Origin: Entomortierella parvispora E1425
Taxonomy: Eukaryota > Fungi > Mortierellomycota
Length of the DNA: 64,000 bases
Assembly (NCBI GenBank): GCA_020891255.1
Contig: BQFW01000012.1
Coordinates: forward strand, 434,001-498,000
Direction: 5' to 3'
This document shows, in pieces, positions 13,208-24,500 of this stretch. The notes under the pieces are model-generated. The model saw nothing but the letters and a program-made list of their open reading frames with translations, had not been told where the DNA came from and ran no database searches. The translations under genes were made by a program, and so were the position numbers. The stretch's first letter is position 1. Each line of letters starts with the position of its first letter.

Positions 13208-16200
13208 ATGGACATGGACTTGGATGAGGACAGCGTCACGCTGCACCCAATGCAGACTGAGAAGCAGTTCACGCCCACTCCCGACTACTCGGACTATGGC
13301 TCATTCGCATCTACCGGCACCGCCCTGGTGATCGACAATGGTACTTCATTCTTCCAATCAGGCTCTCCAACTAAATCCGCCAGGCAGAGTTTCTCCCCGA
13401 CGCCTAGCATTGGATGGCTAACCCTTCCTCACCTCAATGGTGGTATCATATTTAGGATCATGGCAGTGCCGAGCAGGATGGGCAACTGAGGACAAGCCAC
13501 GTCGTAAGTTGAGACTCGCTAGGAAATGGCTGCTTCGATCCTAAAGTTCAGTCTCTGGATATTGACAAAGTTCGTCGACTGACGCTCTACCTTATGTTAT
13601 TATAGTCGTATTCGATAATCAAATTGCAAAGTTTAAGGACAGGAAGGCGCATACTTCCAACATCTTTGTAGGAAACGACGTTTACGCTGATGTCCTTGCC
13701 CGATCAAGTGCCAAAACAGCGTTTGATGGAGACGTGATGTGCAATCCAGAGATTATGGTAAAAAAGCTCTTCACCCTTATTTTGTCTGACTTCCGTTTGT
13801 TTCTACTTCAGCTGGACTAGAAAACATAGCGTCTAGAGGAGGATCAGGTCTAACCAACAGAAAATCTTCTATTAGGAATCGGTTCTCGACTATATCTTTG
13901 TCAAACTCGGAATTACAGCAGACAGGATTGATCACCCCTTGATTATGACAGAGCCCGTTTGCGTACCACACTACAACCGCAACAGTAAGAGTCCTGCTTG
14001 AGGATAATGAATGACTGCGGCTGGATGGTATCAGTTGAAACTTTGGGAGATTGACTGATATCACCTCTCTTTTTATTTAGTGATGACGGAATTGTTGTTC
14101 GAGTCCTACCAAGCGCCGTCTGTCACCTATGGAATCGACTCTCTTTTTAGTTTATACGCCAACGGACCAGATCGGGCAAAGGATGGTATCGTCATGTCGG
14201 CTGGTCACCATTTTTCTCATGTCATTCCAGTATCAGGAGGAAAAGTCCATTTGGAGCACGCCAAGAGGTATGCAGGAGTTATCATCTTTTCAAATGGACA
14301 GAGTAGTTACGCAGAAAATGGAGATGTTTTTTAGGGCGTGGATGTTAATCAATTTCACTGGACTCATGAGGGCGTGGATGTTAATCAATTTCACTGGACT
14401 CATGATAGGATATCATATGGAGGCGTTGCTGCTAGCGAGTACATGCTCAAGCTTATGCAGATGAAGTACCCGACTTTCCCCATGAAGATGACAACCGCTC
14501 AATCAGAGGTAACAAACCCCTTCAGGACGATACACGAGGGTTAAATGGTCCCACTAGAACAGCATACCAATTTTTTTTTTTTTTTTTTTTTTTTTTTGGT
14601 CCTTCTTTAGACACTTTTGATCAACCACACCTACGTCGCTCATGACTACTTGCAAGAATTGGCGTCGTACGAGGATCCAGAGATCTTCAAGACCAAGGAC
14701 AGGGTGATACAATTCCCATTCGTGGCGCCAGTTGTCGAAGAAAAGTCAGAAGAAGAGTTGGCTCGTCTTGCGGCCAAGAGAAAAGAGCAAGGCCGACGAC
14801 TCCAGGAACAAGCCGCAAAGGCGAGATTGGAAAAGGTAAGAGTTTGTTATGGTTCTTTTCCACGAGGATCAAATGTTTTTCAAGCAAATACTCATATCAA
14901 TATCGCCCTCTATATCTGCTTAAATAGTTGATTCAAAGAGAACAGAACCTGGAACAGTACTTGGCTCTCAAGAACTCAAAGGCAACATTGAAGAAGGCTG
15001 AGTGGGCAGTACGTGGATTTAACACCGTGATAACCTGCGGATTTTGTGCTCATCAGTTACTTTGGTCTAACAAACTCTTATTTTGCTCCGCTGCACTCTT
15101 TTCAGGAACAAATGAAGGCTGCTGGATTCAAGGATGAGGCAGATCTTGATACGGTTATCAAGACGACAGATGCTGCTATTAAACGCGCTCGAAACAAGGA
15201 GCTGGGAATCGAGGAAGAGGAGAAGGTAATAGGATTCCCTCCAGAAAAAAAGTGCGGAGACACTATGTACCTTTCAATCTCTAACTCATGTTACCTCTTT
15301 ATCGGGTTAAACTATAAAACACAGGAACCACCAACATTCCCGCTAGTTGATATTCCTGACGAAGAGCTGTCAGAAATGGATAAAAAGGAAAAGAAAAAGC
15401 AGCGGTTACTCAAAGCCAGCCATGACGCCCGAATGCGGGCAAAGGCAGCCAAAGCAGAAGAAATGGCAATCCAGGCAAGTCATTTTGTGGCCGTTCTTGA
15501 GAGTTTTCATGTGATCTTGTAAGATCTAGTCGGCGTCTATCTAACGCCATTCTTCATCATATTTACATACTTGGTAATATAACAGGAGGAGCTGGCGCGA
15601 CAGGATGCGGAAAGGAGAGAACGAGAACCCCAAAAGTGGTTGGATGAGGTTCATGCAAAGAGAAAGGAACTTGTGGACAAAATCAAGGCCAAAAAGCAAC
15701 TTCGTGAACAGCTTTCAGATCGTCGGAGTCATGCTTCTCAGTTGAGGATGACAGCTATCGCAGCCCTTGCAAGCGATGCACCCCCGCCTAAGCGAAGGCG
15801 AAAGGGCCAAGACGGTAAGACTCCAGTCCGAGCGACATGACGAGACATCAACCTGACCCTCGTTGCCTGAAGTCTAATACCGCCTTTTTTATGATATCTA
15901 GAGGATACTTTTGGAGCGGACGACAGCGACTGGATGGTGTATCGTGAAATTGTAAGAGGACACCCCCCCCCCCCCCCCCCCCCTTTTTTTTTTTTTCTTT
16001 ATATCCGTTGGCTGACTTTTTACTCTCCATGGGCTTGAACAATTAGGCACGCGAGGATGACTCTGAAGACGAAGAAGAGGCAACTCAATTGAATGAATAC
16101 GAACAGCAGCTCTTAAAGTACGACCCCGACTTCTTGCACGAGCATACCATGAACGCTTACACACCCAAGAACTCATTCTTGCACTATTACACGAATGGAC

Positions 16201-16667
16201 TTGGACCCTATGACCCCGCTGTTGGCTTGGAGCTTTCCCAAACATATCAATTGCATCTGAACGTGGAGCGGATCCGTGTTCCCGAGGTGTTCTTCCAGCC
16301 CGGCATCGTGGGTTTGGATCAAACAGGATTTGTCGAGACGCTGCAGGATGTTTTGAAGCGTTTTGATGCGCAAGCAAGGGAGCGACTTGTGCAGAACATC
16401 TTGGTCACAGGCGGTATGGCACAGATCCCTGGATTGGTCGAGCGATTGGACGAGTCCATTCGTTCCATCTTACCCTTCTCGCCTGACAGGAAGAACTATC
16501 ATGTCCGGAGAGCACAGGACTGTCTCTTGGATGGCTGGCGGGGAGCAGCCATGATCGGACGAGATCAGGAGAGGATCAAGAAGATTTCTGTCACAAAACA
16601 AGAGTATGAGGAGTATGGAGGGCATTATATCAAAGAGCATGGACTCGGGAACGTATTCCAAGACTAG
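13208..16667 (+). CDS. ARP5: Actin-related protein 5 (INO80 complex), multi-exon
   Basis: ALVIDNG, MTELLFESYQAPSVTYGIDSL, KRKEQGRRLQEQAAKAR, DDTFGADDSDWMVYREI, QLHLNVERIRVPE, YEEYGGHYIKEHGLGN. Confidence 0.93.
14334..14405. repeat. Perfect 36-bp tandem duplication inside an ARP5 intron
   Basis: gggcgtggatgttaatcaatttcactggactcatga occurs at 14334-14369 and 14370-14405, immediately before the TAG acceptor at 14406-14408. Confidence 0.95.
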
Positions 16668-17332
16668 GAAGACTCCTTTGTGGACATAGACCTATTTTCT
16701 TTCATAATCGGATAAAAAAAAATTGAAAAAGAAAAAAAAACTCATGCCTCGTCCACCTTTGGGACGATTTTACCTTTGGTTCATATCGCTGTGTCTTTGT
16801 GCCAAGGGATGGACTGATTCCAGATACTTGTGGCGTAATGGATATCATAAAAGTTCAGGAATATAAACCAAGAAGTGAGATATGACAAGGAAGAGGCATC
16901 AAAAGGAGCGTTATACATAGTGATCGTGCGAAGGAATGCAGGCGAAGGAATCCAGGAAGAAAGGGAGGGAAGGTAGCCATCAAAAGGACAGAAGAGGGCG
17001 CGTTTCTCAAGATCCAAATGATCGATCCGACAACCGTGATAGTTCTAGCAGTGGGCAGAAGAGCCCCATTACCAAAACCTTTTTCAAACGCCAGACCTTG
17101 TCCTCAAGAACACAGCGAGTGCTGTGGTTGTCGTCTTTGAGGGGGGAAGTGCTCTTGGTCTTGATTCTTGTTCCCTTGATTTTTTTTTTGTGGAACCACA
17201 TGACCTGGCAAAGCAAATTACCTTGCCCATTCCGTTGGAAGAGTACCTTTGCCCACCTTTCTTCTCTTCACCGACAATCAATATCCTTGCCCGACCCTAC
17301 TCTATTTTTGAGAAGGCCATCCAAAGCGACTC

Positions 17333-20300
17333 ATGGAGGAGACAATGATGTACCACGCTGCTACAACTCTGACTGGTTTCGAAAATATCCACATCGACGG
17401 TACCGATGGCTGCAACCCTTTGATCATGAGTGATTCTGGCTTCGCCAGTTTGACGCTTGCGCTCGATGCACTCAGGTAGAATCCAGCTTCTCAAAAACTT
17501 TGACAGTTAATCTATCATAGAGATTGTTTGACTAAAACCCTCCTTTCTCGTCAGATTTTTGGACGGTATAGCTCAAGGAGATCCAGTCGCCCAGAATAGC
17601 GCCGGACGAATGTATGAGACTGGTGAAGGCGTTCCACAGAGCTACAAAAAGGCCATGGATTTCTATTTGAAGGCTGCCCTCCAAGGAAATGCCTCTGCTC
17701 TGAACAACATCGGCATCCTGCACCGGGATGGCAGGGGCGTTCCAAAAAGCGACTCAATTGCCAAAGATTGGTTTTCCAGGGCTGCGGACCAAGGACTCGC
17801 CGATGCCCAGTTCAACTTGGGAATGGTCTATCGCCGGGACAACGATTATACCAGAGCAGTGGAGTGGCTTATGAAGGCGGCTAATCAAGGACATGGAATT
17901 GCCGAGTTTAGTGCTGGTGCAATGTATTACGACGGATACGGTGGTGTTCCGCAAGACCATTCAAGAGCCATGGAGTGGTATTTAAGGGCATCCGACAAAG
18001 GGTATGCAGTTGCTCAGTTCATCGTAGGCGCAATGTACGATAGCGGTCAAGGCGTTGTCCAAGATCCTTATAGAGCGGCGGAGTGGTATTCGAAGGCGGC
18101 CGACCAAGGACACGCTGAGGCCCAGTTGAACCTTGGTGTCTTATACCACGATGGCAGAGGCGTTCCACAGGACAGCTCCTTGGCTGCAGCATGCTACATG
18201 AGGGCAGCGGACCGAGGACTTGCCCAAGCGCAGTATCATGTAGGGCTTCTATATCACGTCGGCGGAATTGTTCCACAAGACAAACTGAAGGCTGTAAGAT
18301 GGTACTTGAAGGCTGCCAGTCAAGGGGATGCCGACGCTCAATTCAGCCTAGGCTCGATGTACGATGAAGGCGATGGTGTTTCCCAGGACTTTCAGAAAGC
18401 TGTGGAATGGTATTTGCTAGCGGCCAACAAAGGGCACGTCCTAGCCCAGTATAGTCTAGGGTTCCTTTACCAACATGCAAGGGGTGTCACGCTGGACATT
18501 TCCAGAGCTATGGAATGGTACCTGAAGGCAGCGGATCAAGGGAACGCCAGCGCCTTATTCTGCCTAGGGGTCATGTACTACCGTGGCAAAGATATCCCAC
18601 AGGATTATACCAAAGCGGTAGAGTGCTACCTCAAGGCCGCCGGCCAGGGACACGCCGCTGCACAGAACTATACCGGTCATATGTACTACGATGGTAAAGG
18701 AGCACCAAAGGATTTCGTCAAAGCTGAAGAGTGGTATCTCAAGTCTGCCCACCAAGGATACGCTGCTGCACAGACAAGTATGGGTAATTTTTACTCTAAC
18801 GGAAATGGTGTCTCTCAGGACTGCCAGAAAGCCATGGAGTGGTATCTGAAGGCCGCCGATCAAGGAGACGCCGGTGCTCAATACAGCATTGGTTCTATGT
18901 ACAGCAAAGGCGTGGGTGTTCCCCAGGATTCCCAGCAAGCCATGGAGTGGTACCTGAAGGCCGCCGCTCAAGGAGACGCCAGTGCTCAATACAGCATTGG
19001 CACGATGCACAGCAAAGGCGTGGGTGTTCCCCAGGATTTCCAGCAAGCCATGGAGTGGTATCTGAAGGCCGCCGATCAAGGAAACGCCAGTGCTCAATAC
19101 AGCATTGGTTCTATGTACAGCAAAGGCGTGAGTGTTCCCCAGGATTCCCAGCAAGCCATGGAGTGGTATCTGAAGGCCGCCGATCAAGGAAACGCCAGTG
19201 CTCAATACAGCATTGGTTCTATGTACAACGAAGGCGTGGGTGTTCCTCAGGATTCCCAGCAAGCTATGGAGTGGTACCTGAAGGCCGCCGATCAAGGAGA
19301 CGCCAGTGCTCAATACAGCATTGGCACGATGCACAGCAAAGGTGTGGGTGTTCCCCAGGATTTCCAGCAAGCCATGGAGTGGTATCTGAAGGCCGCCGAC
19401 CAAGAATACGCCTATGCCCAATACCAGCTGGGTGCACTGTACCATGATGGCGAATGCGTTACAGCTGACTACCAGCAAGCCATGGAGTGGTATAGGAAAG
19501 CCGCCGACCAAGAACTCGCCATTGCTCAAAACAACATTGGCTATATGTACCAAAATGGCATAGGAGTTCCCCAGGACTACCATAAAGCCATGGAGTGGTA
19601 TATGAAAGCCGCCGATCAAGGACAAGCCAGTGCACAATACAACCTTGGTTCTTTGTTCCAAAATGGCAACAGTGTTCTTCAGGACTGCCAGAAAGCCATG
19701 GAGTGGTATCTGAAGGCTGCTGAGCAAGGAGAGGTCGATGCCCAGTATGTCGTAGGCATGTTCTATTATAATGGCTGGGGTGTTTCTGTGAACTACCCGG
19801 AAGCCATGAAGTGGCATCTACAGGCCGCCGAACAGGGTGATGCCAGTGCCAAATATGTCATAGGCATGATGTACCACGACGGCAAAGGTGTTTTGGCGGA
19901 CCATGAGCAAGCCATGGATTGGTATTTGAAGGCCGCCAAGCAAGGAAATGTCGATGCCCAGCCCAACACTGCTTTGATGTACTCTTCTGGCAAGGGTGTT
20001 CCTCAAGACTATGAGAAGGCCATGGAGTGGTATGTGAAGGTCGCGGAGCAAGGAGACGCCGATGCCCAGTGCAGCATAGGCAACTTGTACGCGGATGGCA
20101 AAGGTGTTTTACAGGATTACAAAAAAGCCATGGAGTGGTATTTAAAGGCTGCTGAGCAAGGATACGCCAATGCTCAGTTCAATGTGGGATTGCTGTACCA
20201 TAGTGGCAAAGGTGTTTCACAGGATTACCAAAAAGCCAAGGAATGGTATGTAAAGGCTGCTGAGCAAGGATACGCCAATGCTCAGTTCAATGCGGGATTG

Positions 20301-20519
20301 CTCTACCATAGTGGCAAAGGTGTTACTCAGGACTATCACATAGCCAGAGGATGGTATTTTATGGCCTCCGACCAAGGATGCTCCGACGCTCAGCGCAATA
20401 TCGGTTTGATGTACCATGATGGGATGGGTATTCCACCGAACAGCGAGAAAGCCATGAAGTGGCTGAGGGAGGCTGCCGATGCTGATACAATTAGAAGTCT
20501 TAAAAACTGTCCCAAATGA
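17333..20519 (+). CDS. Sel1-like repeat protein (~27 repeats), no catalytic domain or signal peptide seen
   Basis: 986-aa ORF built of 36-aa AQxxLGxMYxxGxGVxQDxxKAMEWYxKAAxQG units. Proposed first exon 17333-17475 (MEETMMYHAA...LDALR) splices in frame across intron 17476-17554; that start is less certain than the repeat ORF. Confidence 0.9.
18816..19400 (+). repeat. Near-identical 108-bp intragenic tandem repeats (Sel1 units)
   Basis: Units start at 18816, 18924, 19032, 19140, 19248 and 19356, an exact 108-bp period with few nucleotide differences. A second near-identical pair lies at about 20144 and 20252. Confidence 0.95.
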
Positions 20520-21562
20520 GCAGAACCAGCAGAAGTCCAATGGGTCCTTCATGAACTTTACTGGAAAATGGAGCTCGTCCTAATAGAAATAATTGCAAGA
20601 ACCGCTTCATGTGCCAATGTTGTTCCAATGTTATTATACCCTCCGTTGATTTGGGGCTACTCTGGATTGCATCCAGACTCAAGCCAGCGTCTCTGTTCTC
20701 AGACCTGCACGTCAAAGGCATTTAGAACGATAAGCCCTCGATTATTAATCGCAGCGACTGGTGGTGGGGGCCGCTGTCATCAAACGCGAATCGCTGGAAG
20801 ACTTGTATTCACGGCGCCATGTCGAAGTTTAGATTCTGCCGACGGAGCACTCCACCCTCATATTTTTTTCTTGAGGTGAAAGGCGTGATAAAGGTGGAAG
20901 CGAAAAAGGCACCTCCGTCCCTGGAGACCGTAGAGTCAGGCGTTTGTGGCGGGGGGCAAGGTTGATGGGCCAAAAAAGCTGTGGCGAGGGGCGGTTGGTG
21001 AGCTACACATATCTGCTGTACGAACACTCGTGCCGTCCACACCCATGTTAGATTTTCTCTCAAAGTTGAAATCATTGTCGTATCCATATTCGAAGGGTTC
21101 TCATCGTCTTCACTGATCTTCAGTGACTCTTGTGCAGGCAGTTCACTGCTGTCGTCGCTGTTATTGCCATTCTTTTTTTTTTAGACTAGAAGAGAGACGA
21201 GGCATTGAGCTGGACATCGGTGACAATGCGGGCTCAATATGGTACCTCTGCAACCACCTGTCGCACCACTCTTGCACTTCGCTCACCAAGAACGCCTGGC
21301 ACCGTTTTTCTCCATCTTTTGTGCTTCACTTTGCCTTGTCTCCCTTCGACTTTGTGTGCACGCTTCGCCATGCTTACAATCTCTTGCACAAATGAGCCCA
21401 CTCTCTGGGCTGCTCTTTCCCACACTTCATCTTCTCTCTTCTCTACCACCACCACCCCTTCCTTCTCCTCCACCTTCGTTCCGCCTACAATCCTGTATGT
21501 TTTCTTAGAGCAAGCCAATTTGGAGCTGCAAACCTTTCATCATCTCGAGAAAAAGTCACAAT

Positions 21563-24500
21563 ATGTCCAAGGAGCCTTCAGAATCTCTCGTCTTTTCCTC
21601 GCCATTGAAGGGATTCGTAGTTCTCACAATCTCTTCATCGTATTCTTTAGATCTGTTTGCCATGCAGGGCAGTCTGTCTTGGGAACTATCCCTCCAACTT
21701 GTGGCCATTCTTATCAAAAGCTGTGAAGAATGCCCTAATCCGGAGATTCAACTCTGGTTTTGCCGAAGTGCCGCCCAGACTCTCTCTGCTATGAAAGATA
21801 GCGTTAGTCGAAAGAGTCTGCAAGGACAGAGGAAGCTGAGAGAAGATATTGGGAGTGCCTATTACCAATTGGCCAAAGTCGCGGCCAGACTTGATGACGA
21901 TCTTGTAGAGAAATGGAACCAGAAAGCTGAAAAGTGGGCGTAAGTGCTTCAAAGTGCACGTTGCCGCGCAACAACCCGTGGTACAATTCAAGAGCTAACT
22001 TAGGCACATTTTTTTTTTTTTGCACAGACCTGGACTCAAGCCTGAGAGCAAAGAGTCGTCAAAGACCAAAAAATGGACAGAGGATATCGCCACGGTGTCT
22101 GCCACCATCTTTCCGAGAAACACCCGTCCACCCGTACTCCCATGGACTTGCCCCGAGGTTTATGGGCCTGTCAAAGGAACTCCTGAACTGGTTGCGAGCC
22201 TCACGCTCCTGCAACAAGTCTCGGATAGGACCTTGCACACAAGTTCTCTGGATGTCAGCACGAGACAATGGCTTGAAGAAGTTGACTGTAATGAAGACGA
22301 AAGGCTTAGATTGAAGAAGCTAGCAAGGCAACTGAACAATGCTTTTATCAAAGAAAACTTCAAGGACAGGGAGGCTGTGGCCGAGATTGTCGTTTTGGCG
22401 CCTGTGTTGGAGAAAGAAGATTTTAAAAGGCTCCTCGGTGAATTTCTCGACGTGCTTAGCTCGAAGTGTCTTCTGAACTTGGACATCCTCGCCGGCCTGG
22501 CTCAGCTGATCAAAAATGCTCCACTGAATACTCTCGATTCTAAATACCTTGTCACTATCTTACCCATAGTGAGCAGTCGACTCCAGGAAAACGCCCGCAG
22601 TCAAGCAAACAGCCGTGTTCACACTTTGGTAGTAGCGGTCAGCGACATTTTAAGCGCCATGGCTGACCGAGGTGTCTCTGAACTTGACAAAGTCGAGTTG
22701 CACGAACCTCTGCTCAATTTTCTGGTTGGTCTCTGGGACAACCCCGATCCACATATTGTGTACCATGCAAGAACTGCCTACCAAGCACTGCTTTGCATTT
22801 CCGACAACGAACCACTCTGGAAGGCAAGGATCAAGGGATTCTCGAATTTTGGAGTAGGTGCTGTCGGTGTGGCTTCCGAAGTCAAATCGCTTGACGCCGG
22901 AAGTTTCTTTGAAAGTCTTGAACGGCTCCAGGAGGAATTCAGCCGAGCCGACGAGATCTTCAGGGCCGACAGCGATCTCATGACCAGTCTCAAGGAGGGC
23001 TTTAAAAGAAGGAGCAAAGAACCCTGGTACTCAGCTCTCCGTGTAGCAGACGAGTTCCTGGAGCAAGGAGAACTGGCCGACTTCAGAGAACTAGTGTGCA
23101 TGGCACCTTTCAGAAGAGATCAGTGGTTTTTGTGGGGCGTGTGCGAACGTCTTGGGAACCTTGCTGCCAACAAGCAGTCCATCTGGGACTCAAAGGACCA
23201 ACACGGCGCGATCTTGTTTCTCTGTGAAATATATAAAGACGACTCCACGTGGGGTGATCAGCCTGATCTGAAAAAGCATATCCTTGATATTCTGCAGCAG
23301 TTGTCACTCCCTACTATCGACGTTCCAGGTACGGCCTGAACAGAAGTTGCGCACGTTCCCCACAGATCAGATAACTAATCAACTCTCTAAATGGACATAG
23401 AGGCGAGGGCTTTCTTCTATGCACTGTCTACGGACGGAGATTCAAAGAAACAGGGCCTTTACGAGCAGTGCAAAAAAACAGGTCCAAGCGACTATCATGT
23501 CAAGACGGGAACTTCACAGTTTGCCATACCGTCATTGCTGGATCGTGTTCAATGGAAAACTGATGTCAACGCCGATCTACAACGCTTGGCTCGGAAGAAA
23601 GCAGGCCAGATGAGGGACGTTTATTATATCCCTCCTCGTTCGAAAGACAATCTTCAGGCGCCTGATGAAACTACTGTCGACCTGGAAGAGGTCGTCGCTG
23701 ATTTCTTGAAAAGCGACCGCAAAGTACTATTGCTGCTTGGAGACTCTGGTGTCGGAAAAACAACGTTCATCAGGTTCCTCGAAGTTGAGCTTTGGTTTCA
23801 GTACATTGTCATGGAAGAATCGATCCCTCTGCTTATCAACCTGTCTACAATTGAGCGCCCCGAATCTGATCTCATTCCTAAACAACTGAGAATACTCAAC
23901 TTCAGAGAAAATCAAATATGGGAACTCCGGCATCGACACTTTATTCTAATCTGCGAAGGCTATGATGAAAGTCAACAGGTCAAAAACTTGTACATCAGCA
24001 ACCATTTCGACCAACCAGACCAGTGGAAGGTCCAGATGATTATCAGCTGCAGAACAGAGTATCTTCCAACAGACTACCAAGGACGCTTTGAACCAGGGGA
24101 TAAAGGGTCAGAGAAGGGGCAGTCCCTTTTCCAACAGGCAGTCGTCTCTCCATTCAATGATGCTCAAATTCGAAAGTACATCGAGAAATATGTCAACCAT
24201 AACGTTCCTCCATGGAAGCTTTCCGATTATTACAGAGTAATGGAAAAAATTCCTAGTCTTCAAGAACTTCTCAAAAATCCCTTTCTGCTATCGATTGCGT
24301 TATGGGTTCTTCCACGACTGGCAGATCCTGGACAGTACATCGAAGCCGAAAAAATTACAAGAGTACGGGTTTATGACGAATTCATTGCCCACTGGCTTGA
24401 GCGCGGTAGAAAAAAATTAGAGGAGGACAAGGATTTGAGTTACGAACAAAAAAAGGCCTTCCAAAGTCTCTGCAACGATGGATTTGTTCAAAGCGGGATG

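Noticed and set aside
15961-16000. C-run followed by T-run (also many poly-A/T tracts)
   Set aside because: Intronic homopolymers typical of this genome; lengths are prone to sequencing error.
16781-17433. 165-aa plus ORF resembling a type II membrane protein, and minus-strand LRR-like scraps
   Set aside because: It overlaps the better-supported Sel1 first exon in another frame, has no recognisable domain and cannot be extended.
18816-19400. Regularly spaced repeats as a CRISPR array
   Set aside because: Contiguous in-frame coding units with no unique spacers, in a eukaryotic genome with no cas genes.
18564-19817. 417-aa minus-strand ORF and 202-aa alternate-frame ORF with repeats
   Set aside because: Antisense and off-frame shadows of the Sel1 repeat array.
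20568-21520. Several 70-170 aa ORFs between the Sel1 and NACHT genes
   Set aside because: No motifs; composition fits promoter/UTR sequence.
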